From: Rotaria socialis
Lineage: Eukaryota
NCBI GenBank assembly: GCA_905331295.1
Contig: CAJNYD010000011.1
Location: 305,114-341,492 of the forward strand
Direction: 5' to 3'
Length of the DNA: 36,379 bases
Shown here: in pieces, positions 25,629-36,379 of the stretch
How positions within the stretch are numbered: position 1 is the stretch's first letter
Layout: each line of letters begins with the position of its first letter
The notes under the pieces: generated by a model
Database searches by the model: none
What the model was told of the DNA's origin: nothing
What the model saw: the letters and a program-made list of their open reading frames with translations, nothing else
Position numbers and translations under genes: made by a program

Positions 25629-26124
25629 AATGCGACGAAGTGAGCGGTCACCCACGCACTTGAATAGCTGACTACGTTTTTTTTAGCAACAATTACAGAA
25701 TCCTTCTATAGTACACTGTAAAGCGAATTGATTTTGTTGAACTTCTCTGTATTGCGATCTTCTACGCAGGAAAAATTTGAAGAACATGCTTTTGTCTTCT
25801 ATATGCAAATGCGACACATTCACCCGTATGTTAGAATTAGACATCGAAATAATAGAATTGTGTTCTTCAAGAAATAAATCAACATCATGCAGTATGATTC
25901 CAAATAATTATGCATGCATAAAAAATTTGAAAAAACTGAAATAACAGAATTCTGCTTTGTCATCATTCATTAACAATTGCGTTTGAAATCAATAGGATGG
26001 TAGGTATTACAATCGATTCGTCGTGTTGCTGTTTTTCGTTTTCACATTTGAGTGTTAAAAGGATCAATACATTTTCAATTTTTTTGAACAAATGTAGGAT
26101 ACAAGCCTAACTTATTCGTATTTG

Positions 26125-27877
26125 ATGGCGCCACGAAAATCAGAAAAGCCGATTCAAACCGCACCTAAACGGTCATCTGATTCTCATTTCAATCAAATGT
26201 CACGGTTAAACAGTTGGAATGGAAACTCAGTTTATCCATCGAATTCTCAACCGAATACTTCCGTTATTGGGCAACCACGATTCAAGTCATTAGATTCAAG
26301 TCAATTGGTCCGATCGAATACAGGAAGAAATAATGAAATGAACAAAACTACAACTACAACTACAAACTCAGAGTTTAAGTACGGCATCTTTTACAAGCTG
26401 TTTGAGAATGGCTTGAGTCAAAATTTTCGATCCATTACCATTAATCCTTATCCAAGATCATTAACCCAAGAATAAGACTGATTATTACTCTACTACTATG
26501 TTTTCGTGGAAAAAAACTATAGTTTATGAAAATCATTCGCTTAATTTTTTCCACATTAACCTAATCAGACTGAAGAGTATATTTAAGTTACATATTTCAG
26601 TCACAAAGAGGTTGCTCTAACAAAGTCTTTTCATATTGTTTGATAAAATAAGAATATTCTCAACAACGAAGTATTCGAGGAAAGAATAGACCCATCTCGA
26701 TTACTACTTGGACCATATTTTAAAGTCGAGTGTAATATGTTACATTGTACGCACAGTTCATAACTAATGACATCATCGAGTCGGATTTTTGTTTTTGGAT
26801 ATGAAATTTTGAAAATAAATATTTTGAGGTAGATAGAAAAGTGACCAGATTTTCCTATTTTTGCATTCTAATGATATTAATTACATCTAAAAATTTCATC
26901 TGATAGAAGTTGTACTGGAAGAGTCTTCATATCTATTTTGAATATATTTAATGAGCGCGCTCCGATTCGAAATTACTCATATACTTCCGCAAATTTTACG
27001 TTAATATTTTTTTTCTATGCTTCATTTAGTTGTAACACAGTCCTAGGAAAAGTAACATCATCAAAAATGGTTTTGTTTTTGGTTGGATTTATTTTGTGTG
27101 GCATACCATTAGCTGTTTTTGTAACGCTTTGGTAAGAACACAACTGCCACATATTCCCTTTTCTGTATGTATTTTTGTGTTCACTTCTAAGGATGAGCAA
27201 TGGTTCAACATCAGGATCGGCTTCAAGCTCAACAACCGTCTCAGATAACAATAGCAAGCCCTCCTTCTTCAGTAATCCTAGTTTTACTCTCGCTCCTAAT
27301 TGAAGTGAGCAGAACTTATCTAGACAAACCAGTGAATATGAGATTAAAATCGTTTATTGTACGATTAAAAATTGATTTTAATTTTATATTTAGCGTTTGT
27401 CTTAATATGGGACCAAATGCTTTTTTTAACTTGTTGTTAAGTAATTTATGTCTTATTGCACTAGCTTCATATGTTTTCTTTTCAGTTACTTTACCAATGG
27501 AATGTTATAGCTATACAACTCTTACTGAATCTTATCGTAGTTATCTGACTTTTTCTGGCTGTTGTTCGACTCCGTATGATTCAGTCTCATATATTCCGTC
27601 CGGTTGGTATCGTATTTCAGGAGCCGCAGGCACACAACTGTTGACAACTCCTGTCTCTAGCATAGATATTTGTGGTGCTCCATATGGTGGTTATTTCAAT
27701 GGAACATTACCGACCACAGCTGGTGCGTCAGTAACAGGAACCTTTTGCTTTTATACAGGAAGTCCATGTAGTTTTTCCGTAGCACCCATAACAGCCATCA
27801 ATTGCAATGGTTATTATGTTTTTTACTTAATATCACTTAGTGTTGGTTTAAAATACAGATACTGCTCAACAAGTTAA
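26125..27877 (+). CDS. Type II membrane protein with C-terminal UMOD/GP2/OIT3-like D8C domain
   Basis: Exons 26125-26378, 27030-27131, 27192-27271 (or 27253), 27486-27877. TM segment MVLFLVGFILCGIPLAVFVTLWM and a Ser-rich linker lead to ECYSYTTL..GWYRISGAAGTQL..CGAPYGGYFNGTLP...CF..C...NCNGYYVFYL..YRYCS. Confidence 0.8.
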
Positions 27878-29913
27878 GAACTTTGATCAGAAAGATAGAG
27901 CATATTTAACCATTCGTTTACAGTTGAATCAATTTTTCCCATTATGATGAGTGAATAGATGACTTTTAGTTTTCCCTTTTCTTCCTTGAATCTCTCAGCA
28001 CATTTGCATACCATTCTTTCAAGAACTTTTTTTCTACGTTCAAATAAAACATAAATGGAAACGGTGCGGATTGTGTTGTAAATAATGCGCATAGTTTTTC
28101 ACTGTTATACATTGCAGAAAAGAGATCAGTATTATTTAATGCAATTTTTGCATCGATAAAAGAGAAAAATAACTTAGGTTAACTGTTTTTGATTGCGATC
28201 AGGAATGCAGGTAGGATCAAAGCGACAAAGATATGAACATGTCCAGTTTATGTGCATACAGAAATTTAAGAATATGGATGTAATAAACCAAAAAGAAATA
28301 ATCCTACGCACTTGACCTCAGCGCTCAATACATATTTAGCATGTGATAATTATAGCCTTGAAGATGGCATTCCGTATGAGATGTATATCAACTCAACTGT
28401 CACCTATGCACAGCTACTAAAACCCCATTTTTCAGAGTTCACTGTTGAAAACTAAATTATCAGTATATTTTTCACCATTAATTATATCAGCAAAGGTATT
28501 CATATCAAAATATCTAGACATGTATAACTTATACGATTGGACCTATCGAAGTAATAGAACAACATTTATCGAGCCATATAGATGCAGAAAGAGTTTTCTC
28601 TACAAACACGAGTCACTCCGTTACCCCCCCTCCCCCCTCCTCGAAATATGTGAACTTTCACACAATCGATAGTTTTAACGCTTTTCATTTAAGGACACCT
28701 GTCATAGCGATGTGTCATGTAATTCATACCATTTTTCGACGAATTCGTTTTATCTACTTTCTTTTAGGAATTTTTAAACAAATAATTTATATGTTTTCGT
28801 AACAGAAGTTGCATCTATAAAATAACCAATGTATGATTATAACAACAAAGGTATCACGTTGTCATGCGTTCACGAATAAACGGGAAACTGAAATAAACCA
28901 TAGAATACATATTTTTCGAGTAAAAATCGTCAATGAAAATGATCAGTGATTTGGATTGCTTATTTTTTTGTATTGTTTGCAACCAGTCATATAATACAGA
29001 AATACACATTCTTAATATATATTGTTTACAAAATCATCTTCATTATTCGGTTTTGAGTTTGTTTCCTATGTTTTCATGCATATTTGTCGTGGTTATCACT
29101 TTGGATATGAAGATTTTGATACGTAGAGTCACTCTTGTAACGATACGAAACGTTTTATCGTGATATCGAACTATTTTATTTCAATCATATGTCTCCTTTT
29201 ATAGTTACCCTTTCTTTCTCCGGGGCGCGTCGCTCAGCCTGAGAATACGAGAAAGAACACGACAAAGAGGAAAAGAGAATACAGATGACAACGAGGAGAA
29301 AGTCGTTATGTACATTGATTAGAATAGAACGAGTGCTTATATCGGCACAACTGTTATCAGTCTTTTGCTAAAAAACTATACAAATAAAAGTGAAAGGAGG
29401 AAGATAAGATAAGTAAACTGTTAACATCTTCCAAAAGTAAAAAAAAAACAAATCATTCGACATAAAAGCAGTCTTCTATAGATAGACCAGCCTGAAATTA
29501 GCGATAACATAATATGAAATTTTTTGTGATTATTTCAGTTTAAATTATTTGATATGGGTAAGTAATTCAAAGATGTAATTAAAGTAAGCACGATGTTTCA
29601 CTATCTCTAATCTTGATTCGCTCTCTAACTTGTATTAGATCTGAAATCGACTGTAACAAGCGTAAAGTTTTAAATCTCAATTGAATGACTACCGTTCTTG
29701 ATAGTGATTATCGTGCAACAAAAGTATTTGCAGCTTGAAATCATTTTTTAAATTCCATTCGATCTATAACCGATGCTTTAGATACACGTTTTTATTCTGT
29801 ATTAAATGGTGCTATCTAAACAATAGACTATGTGCAGTACCTTTCATCACTAAGTTTAACTTTGAAGAGAGGCTGTTTCTAATTCAGGAAATGGTACACT
29901 TTCACCTATAATC

Positions 29914-30203
29914 ATATCGAGATGAATCCTGGCAAGATGCTCCGCGGATAGTTGCTCCCTAACTGTATTTAATAAAAATGTTAATCAGCACAAGATTAAG
30001 ATAAACATTTATTTATTTGAGGGTATGCGTGTATCGGTGTGAGTGTGTCAGTGTACGTATGAGCAAATGGTTATCCTCTTCACTCACACACACCCTCAAA
30101 TAAATAAATATATATCTTAATCTCGCACTGATTAACATTTTTGTTAAATACAGTTAGGGAGCATGTGCCTGAGGAGCATCTTGCCGGCTACTCATCTAGA
30201 TAT
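29914..30203. mobile_element. Hairpin MITE (~290 bp) with ~130-bp TIRs
   Basis: ATATCGAGATGA..GGCAAGATGCTCC..GCTCCCTAACTGTATTTAATAAAAATGTTAATCAG..ATTTATTTATTTGAGGGT is mirrored at about 30085-30203. Confidence 0.85.
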
Positions 30204-30242
30204 ACACCCGCACACACCTTCAATATTTTTGTTTCTTATACT

Positions 30243-31157
30243 ATGCTTAATATTCCAACCAATACCCAATGGACACAGAATGGAGTAACTGTTAGTGGAG
30301 GTCACGAGAGAGACAGTGCCGTCAACCAACTGCAAAACCCATTTGGTCTCTTTGTTGATGAGGACCAAACAGTTATCATTGCTGACTACATGAGTCATCG
30401 TGTCATTCAATGGAAGAAAGACGATACGACGAATGGATAAGTCGTTGCTGGTGGCAATGGGCAAGGAAATAGATTGAACCAATTGGATAATCCAACCGAC
30501 GTATTGATCGATAAAGAGACAAATAGTCTCATTATTTGTGACAGCGCGAATCGTCGAGTTGTACGATGGCCCTGTTGTAGTGGTATAACACAAGGAGAAG
30601 TTCTAATCGACGAAATCGGTTGTTGAGGATTGGCTATGGATGATCAGGGGTATCTCTATGTCTCTAACTACGAAAAACATGAAGTAAGACGGTACCAATC
30701 GGGAGACAAGAATGGTACTCTCGTGGCTGGAGGCAATGGCCGAGGAAATGGTCTCCATCAACTTAATGAGTCAAGTTATCTTTTTGTCGATCGAGAACAG
30801 AATGTCTATGTATCTGAACAATACAATCATCGTGTAATGAACTGGAATAAAGATACAAAAGAAGGCATCATTGTCGCTGGAGCTCAAGGTCGAGGTAATG
30901 CCTTGACGCAATTGAATCAACCTATGGGTCTTTTTGTCGATACGTCGGGTACTCTCTATGTAGCAGACACATTTAATAGTCGTGTAATGCGTTGGCCTCA
31001 AGGAGCGAAACAAGGCACAGTGATTATGGGTGGGAAGGGCTGGGGAAGTCAAGCAGATCAGTTCACGGGCCCCATTGGTCTGTCCTTCGATCAAAATAGA
31101 AATCTCTATGTCGTTGATTGTGAAAATCATCGTGTCCAACGCTTTTCTCCTGAATAG
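30243..31157 (+). pseudogene. NHL-repeat beta-propeller gene fragment with two in-frame stops
   Basis: One frame throughout: NIPTNTQWTQNGVTVSGG..QLQNPFGLFVD..NG*VVAGGNGQG..IGC*GLAMDDQG..NHRVQRFSPE. TAA at 30438-30440 and TGA at 30624-30626. No upstream exons seen. Confidence 0.88.
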
Positions 31158-33035
31158 ACTCGTGAATTTTATTCTTCATTTCTTTTTGAATGAATTGAAT
31201 TGATCGTAAAAGAATCTGTTTCTTTTCATTGACTTTTAGAAATTACTTGGAAGTTCTGTAAGATAAAAAAAAAGCATCAATAGTCAACATACATACCTTC
31301 ACATTTGTTCATGTTGTGTGATAATGATCTACAAGACAATAAAGAAATTGATTTAAACATGTTGATCAGTATAAGAACAGCTAATATTATCCTATTATCT
31401 TACAGTCACTGTTAGAATGAATCTAAAGCAGCAAAAAAAAAACACTTTAAAAAGTAATATTAAAGTAAAGCTAGAACTAGAAACAATATAATATCAAAAT
31501 CATGAATAGTTTAAATTGAATGAATTGTATTATTAGGAAAGCAAAGGATGAATGGCAGATCAATGTGAATCTCACTTTCTGGTATCTTCTACCTTTATTT
31601 AATTTTTTTTTGGTACTTTCTCCTTGTTGAGATTTTCCCTTTCGATCAAGGTTTGGAGAATTATAAATTTCAATTTATATTCCTTTTCCCCTATTGATAA
31701 TAGGTAGACGTGGATCATTAATGTTTAATCCGAACATAAACATATATGAAGATAAATAGAATTGTAATATCTCTAATGTATCTGTATGGATCAAACTTAA
31801 TAAATTCGCATATGTATAAAATTCGATTATCATTGATCGCCAAAGATATTACATGAGCACGAGATGATAAAAGGGGAAGACCTCTTGCATAAGTTTTCCT
31901 ATTATCCCGTTGTCATACATTTTCTGAGAAGTTAACACAACGCAAAAAAGAAAATCATCTAATATGTTTTTCAACACAAAACAAATACAGCTTGTTTTGA
32001 GTTTTTTCTATTCCAAAATAGATGAAAAAAGTCATAGATGAATTAGAATTTAATTTCTATACTTTAAATTGTAAATCTCTCCAAACAAAGGTGAAAGACT
32101 ATTTTCTTTATTCACAGCATGAATGCTAGTACGAAAACGTAGAAAAAATGTTCTCATATTAATCAATATCAGAAACCATTCATATTAAATGAAATAAAGT
32201 GAATGTATTATCTACAGTATGATGTTTGAAATTACGACGATGAAGCATTAAAATTCTATTCCTTGCATCAATGACAAGATATTTGTTCATTCGTAAAATA
32301 TAACTTTTAAAGAAAGATTTTATTATTAACGACTTGATACAAAAAGGAATTCGGAACTTAGAATTGAACTGGAAAAATTAGATCTTGGTTAATGCAATAG
32401 CTATAATAAACATGATCACATTCGATTCAAGCCATATCTTCATGCCAAACTTGAAAATCAACTAAACGCATATGTTACAAAAATATAGCTTGAAGCATTG
32501 AATTTATTTATAAATTAGTTTTTGAATTTAGGAAAGAAAAGAGGATATTCCAGAAAACAACAAAAAAATCATTTTTTATTCAATACTGCAATTAATCAAT
32601 CTACGTAAGTATATGTACGTCTTTTTTCAATTCATCATAAATCTTCGTGAACTTAATCTAATATGAAATCAAATGATGCAAATATTCGTAGAATTGATTT
32701 TTCTCAAGTTTATTATATTTCTTATGACATTTAGAACATATCCATTGAGTAAATCGTATAAAAAAGTTTCGAATAATCTGCACTGATTTGAAGTCAGAGA
32801 ATTGGTAGAATCTAACATTCGATAAGTTTCTATAGAAATTGTAAACGTAACGAGTTATTCTAATTGGAAACGAATTTATGTTTGCAATCATTAATGCACT
32901 ATGAAGGATCCAGAATTTTATACTTAGTTTGTATCAGCGGATATTTTTCAGTTGTACCTTTTCACAATACTTTTAATTTTCGCTGTTTATCAAAAGACAA
33001 AAAAACAAGAATCATATGTTGTTTTATAAAAATGA

Positions 33036-34475
33036 TCAAAATAAACGTCTTTTCCATTGGCTTGATGACATTGCACTTTCAGTATTTGATGTTGAATTAA
33101 GTACGCAAAATGGTGTACTTAATTGTCGTCGTTGTTTTTCATCTTCATCTTCTTCGTCGCCGTCTTCTCCTAGAATTTCTTTGTTGCACAATTTATAAAC
33201 AAGTAACGCAATTAATAGGCACGAAAGTAAAGAGACAACTATAGAAAGACTGAATATAAGAATAAGCCTGGATCCGTTTCGCTCTGTTGATTTTATTGAT
33301 TTCGAAGAAGTATACATATCAGTACTGATAGTAACTGAATGAGTAGTTATAAATATTTGTTCAGTCGCTTTAGTGCTAACAATAGTTGTTGTTTCAGTAG
33401 AAAACGATGTTGCATATGATTGTATTTTATGAGCAGTAGATGATATGTTTATGCTGCTATTTTCAGTAGTGTTAAATATTGGCTGTTTGATAGGTCGTTT
33501 ATTGGTGGTAGACGATGTTTGTGTGACATTTTCAATAGTACTAGGTGATGCAATTGCGGTAGTTGATTTAGTAGTGGTGAATGATGAGTGTGTATATTTT
33601 TTAGCAGTATGAGATGATTTGGACATGTTAACTGATCTTAGAGTAGCTAATGAAGTAGAGCCTTTAGTTGTACTAGATGTTGTGTATACAATTATTCCGG
33701 TATTGCTAGTAGATGAAATGATCGTGGCATTCTTATGGATGGCAGATGAAATGTATATAGTGGCTTGTTTATCTATAGTAGATAGAGTACTACGTCGAGT
33801 AGATATTGTCCATGATTCAGTTGTCATAGACGCTGGCGTTGAAATTTCACATTTAATGTAGTCTGGTCGCTTTTCGTTTGAAATTTTACGAACGTAATCA
33901 TACGTATTCCAGCCTTGCTGATCACCACAATCGATGTATACTTGTATAACACGAAACGTTGAATTTTGAACATCAGAATGAATAAAAAGTATTGTTTGAT
34001 TTATACGATTTCTCATTACTAATCCTAAATCATGAAATTTTCGCTGCGGTATATTTTCAAGTGATTGAATTGTTTTTAAACTGAATACACCGAGTGAATC
34101 ATATGCAATATGTATAAATAATGCGTTATCCATTGATGTATTTGTTGACATGTTTTCATCGAATAATTTATTGATTATACGAGAATAATGATGAGAAAAA
34201 TTAAGAAAAGTTTGTGTATCATTAAAATATAATTCTACACACTGAAGTTTAACTACAGGTGAACATTGATTAGTTATTGATACTTTCTCTGATGGTATCA
34301 TTGGCCTGTTTATATGGCAACTTAGACACTTCTGAAAACCTTTATATTCAGTTATCTTCAATTGACATTTTTGTTGAATCTTCGTCACATTATTATGACT
34401 GAATTCTAAACATTCTCCATGAATATTTGATATTAAAAAATTAAAAACTAGAAAATAATAAAATTTATCCATCAT
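33036..34475 (-). CDS. Intronless type I membrane mucin-like protein (479 aa)
   Basis: Signal-like N-terminus, Cys-containing ~190-aa domain, S/T-rich stalk, TM segment LILIFSLSIVVSLLSCLLIALLVY, and a cytoplasmic acidic run EDGDEEDEDE. Confidence 0.85.
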   Translation of the reverse strand: MMDKFYYFLVFNFLISNIHGECLEFSHNNVTKIQQKCQLKITEYKGFQKCLSCHINRPMIPSEKVSITNQCSPVVKLQCVELYFNDTQTFLNFSHHYSRIINKLFDENMSTNTSMDNALFIHIAYDSLGVFSLKTIQSLENIPQRKFHDLGLVMRNRINQTILFIHSDVQNSTFRVIQVYIDCGDQQGWNTYDYVRKISNEKRPDYIKCEISTPASMTTESWTISTRRSTLSTIDKQATIYISSAIHKNATIISSTSNTGIIVYTTSSTTKGSTSLATLRSVNMSKSSHTAKKYTHSSFTTTKSTTAIASPSTIENVTQTSSTTNKRPIKQPIFNTTENSSINISSTAHKIQSYATSFSTETTTIVSTKATEQIFITTHSVTISTDMYTSSKSIKSTERNGSRLILIFSLSIVVSLLSCLLIALLVYKLCNKEILGEDGDEEDEDEKQRRQLSTPFCVLNSTSNTESAMSSSQWKRRLF

Positions 34476-34641
34476 AAAAAAAGTAAAAAAGGCGCAAATT
34501 CTTTTTTTTAAATATTTTATTTACTTTTCTTTCTATAGTCTCCTTTAGAACAAAATAGAAAAATGATGGCCAAATAATATTTTTTTATTAATTTTATTTC
34601 ATCAGAAATAATATAAATGTTTATCTTTTTCTTTTGAAAAT

Positions 34642-34992
34642 TCAGTTGGTAAAGATTGATGGTGTCAAACTAATCATAATCATAATTAATCCAACCCGAA
34701 CAGTAAAAGCATTATTGGATGTAGTAGTGATTGATGTCTGTGTTGATGAGCTTTTAGGTTTTGTACTCGTTGTACTCGAATCCGATTTACATGTAACGTC
34801 ACAAACATATCTACCTTGACATCCTTTTACATGTTGTGCACAGAAATAACTTGTGCAATCATCACAAGATGGAAGATTGATTGCAGGCGTTTGGCATATA
34901 GGCTGTTGGCCAGGAAAACAACAAGTGCAAGAGCTAGCGTTTATTTTTGATATTCCAACAATTACAAGTAATAAAACAAAAAGTGTCGACAT
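34642..34992 (-). CDS. Small secreted 10-Cys protein, putatively GPI-anchored (116 aa)
   Basis: Signal MSTLFVLLLVIVGISKINA, 10 Cys within about 47 aa, S/T spacer, an SNNA omega-like site and a hydrophobic C-terminus. An upstream in-frame ATG exists at 35034. Confidence 0.75.
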   Translation of the reverse strand: MSTLFVLLLVIVGISKINASSCTCCFPGQQPICQTPAINLPSCDDCTSYFCAQHVKGCQGRYVCDVTCKSDSSTTSTKPKSSSTQTSITTTSNNAFTVRVGLIMIMISLTPSIFTN

Positions 34993-35778
34993 GTTTCTAC
35001 TGATAAAAAAAGATAATATATCATCACTAGTCATTTATTTTGTACGAAAAAAGGGAGCTATGTGACAAAGAACAAAAAGCAGAAACAAGTAGGAAAAAGT
35101 AACAGATAAGTAAATTCATTGATAAGGAATCAAATTCATACCGATGAAAATTATTGGTCCAAAAAAACTATACAATGAGATTATTCTTGTATTGGCATTG
35201 TTACGTAGTTTTGAATTACAACATCAACTGATTTGTTTGACACCATTGTAATCAGATCATTTCAAATTTGTTTTCAGTACACAAATCATATGATGTAAAA
35301 GAACGGACCAACATGAATTTTACAGGTTTTAGTGCTTTAAGTTTCTAAAGAAAAACAAAATTTGATGCATAATTGTGAACATAGATAAATTACCATACAA
35401 AAAGACCATCTATTCAATGATTCGAGAGACAAAACACTTGTTTTATTGAATGGATCAGGACAATGATCTACGCAATTGTAGCATCGAATTCCATCTATAT
35501 AGTCTTTGAAGAAAAAAAAAGAAAATTATTAAAACACAAAACACTGGTGGTATGCTCGGAAGGTTAACAAAAATGATCAAAATGACAACTAGTGGTAACT
35601 TACCCATAATACTCGAGAAATATGTTAAAAGTATATTTGTCTAGCTTTTAATAAGCTAGGTTTTGTAAAGGTGTATTATCTAATACTCATTGGTGGAATT
35701 GTGCTATTACTTTATCCATTCATGTAAAAGCTCTATTGGCTCGTTTATATCCAATTACTCTGTTATCAATATAATAAT

Positions 35779-35940
35779 GGGTTACATGAATTTCGGCCCA
35801 AGGAGTTTTCGGACCGGACTTTCGGCCTCAAACGAAATCTTTTTTTATCATAAAACTGGGTCATTCTCATCCTCATCTTCATTTCATACTGAGCCGAAAG
35901 TCCGGCCCGAAAATTCCTTGGGCCGAAGTTCCGGGCTCCC
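35779..35940. mobile_element. Small MITE (162 bp) with ~60-bp TIRs
   Basis: GGGTTACATGAATTTCGGCCCAAGGAGTTTTCGGACCGGACTTTCGGCC versus reverse complement of the right end GGGAGCCCGGAACTTCGGCCCAAGGAATTTTCGGGCCGGACTTTCGGCT. TTTCGG subrepeats; no TSD seen. Confidence 0.8.
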
Positions 35941-36186
35941 GCCACGCCGTCTCAAGCAGCTGCAGTCAACAGGCTAATATTGTAGAGTCTTGAAATGACT
36001 GAGATTGGCAACCAATGGGCGTGGATTCATTTCTAGAAACTGGAGAAGAGGCTACCGAGAATTTTTATTCATTTATTTATTCGTAATTTATCAATTATCA
36101 TGGTGTTCCAGAAATTATACACGCTCAGAAAATGAACAATGTCAAGAAGAACGATCGAATCCTTTGACAACGTTTTCTAATTGAAT

Positions 36187-36379
36187 CCCAGGAGAATCAG
36201 GGTATGTCGAAATCGGTCGAAATCGATCGGTTCTGTTGAATTCCGACGATTTCCTAACTACCCAAGCAGACAAAAAATTTTAATAACGCGTGCAAACGCA
36301 CATACTTTCTCGGACGTGTTCGGATGGCAATCGATGTTCCCGATTGTGTGTCACTAACGGCAAAAAGAATACGACGTGA
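36187..36379. mobile_element. Probable left ends of CCC-terminal repeat elements truncated by the window edge
   Basis: CCCAGGAGAATC..AAATCGGTCGAAATCGATCGG at 36187 resembles the 25283 element. TA|CCCAAGCAGACA at 36261 looks like a second terminus. Partner ends are not in the window. Confidence 0.4.

Larger units (their letters stand above)
23132..25653. mobile_element. Old non-autonomous TIR element hosting two nested insertions
   Basis: Left TTTGTCCCACGATCACTTTGCCGCAATGAGAATTCGTTGGGGTAAGATAG (~23159-23208) matches the reverse complement of 25230-25280 (TTTGACGCACGACAGTTTGTCGCAAGACAATTCGTTGCGCTAAAATAG). The right TIR resumes at 25629-25653 after the CCCAG element. Boundaries are approximate. 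Confidence 0.55.

Noticed and set aside
27253..27485. A second GC-AG intron (A|GCAAGC) in the D8C gene
   Set aside because: An in-phase canonical GT donor exists at 27272; this cannot be decided without transcripts.
27200..27485. N-terminal part of the 225-aa ORF
   Set aside because: Mostly intronic read-through; the D8C exon starts after the acceptor at 27485.
28590..28700. C-run with CATTTAAGGACACC resembling a DNA-transposon end
   Set aside because: No matching opposite terminus found in the window.
29197..29360. GC-richer, purine-skewed segment resembling an interspersed repeat end
   Set aside because: No second copy, TIR or TSD visible, so it is unsupported without a genome search.
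30192..31139. Minus-strand ORFs of 133 and 122 aa
   Set aside because: Antisense shadows of the NHL frame.
1..36379. CRISPR arrays, tRNA/rRNA genes, autonomous transposase or RT genes, prokaryotic operons
   Set aside because: None recognised by eye; the window is spliced eukaryotic sequence.

Overview
AT-rich eukaryotic DNA with many 45-60 bp GT-AG introns. The gene content (NHL repeats, a D8C-domain protein, a bacterial-type gene carrying an intron) suggests a bdelloid rotifer, which is inference. Hand-spliced intact genes: a single-pass membrane protein with a periaxin/AHNAK-type PDZ domain; a 197-aa hydrophilic protein that needs a GC-AG intron; a choline/ethanolamine kinase-like gene lacking the catalytic Asp; calcineurin B head-to-head with a TAX1BP1/CALCOCO-type autophagy receptor; a probably horizontally acquired NAD(P)-dependent oxidoreductase (DUF1932-type); a type II membrane D8C protein; a mucin-like type I membrane protein; and a small 10-Cys putative GPI-anchored protein. 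There are also two pseudogenes and several non-autonomous inverted-repeat elements. One nested set at 23.1-25.7 kb encloses a 1.25-kb diverged palindrome with a conserved central hairpin. I see no clear multi-gene novel system. The best leads are the predicted pseudokinase, the PDZ membrane protein, the foreign oxidoreductase, the NHANQLNPNN protein and the nested palindrome. Family assignments come from remembered motifs, not searches.
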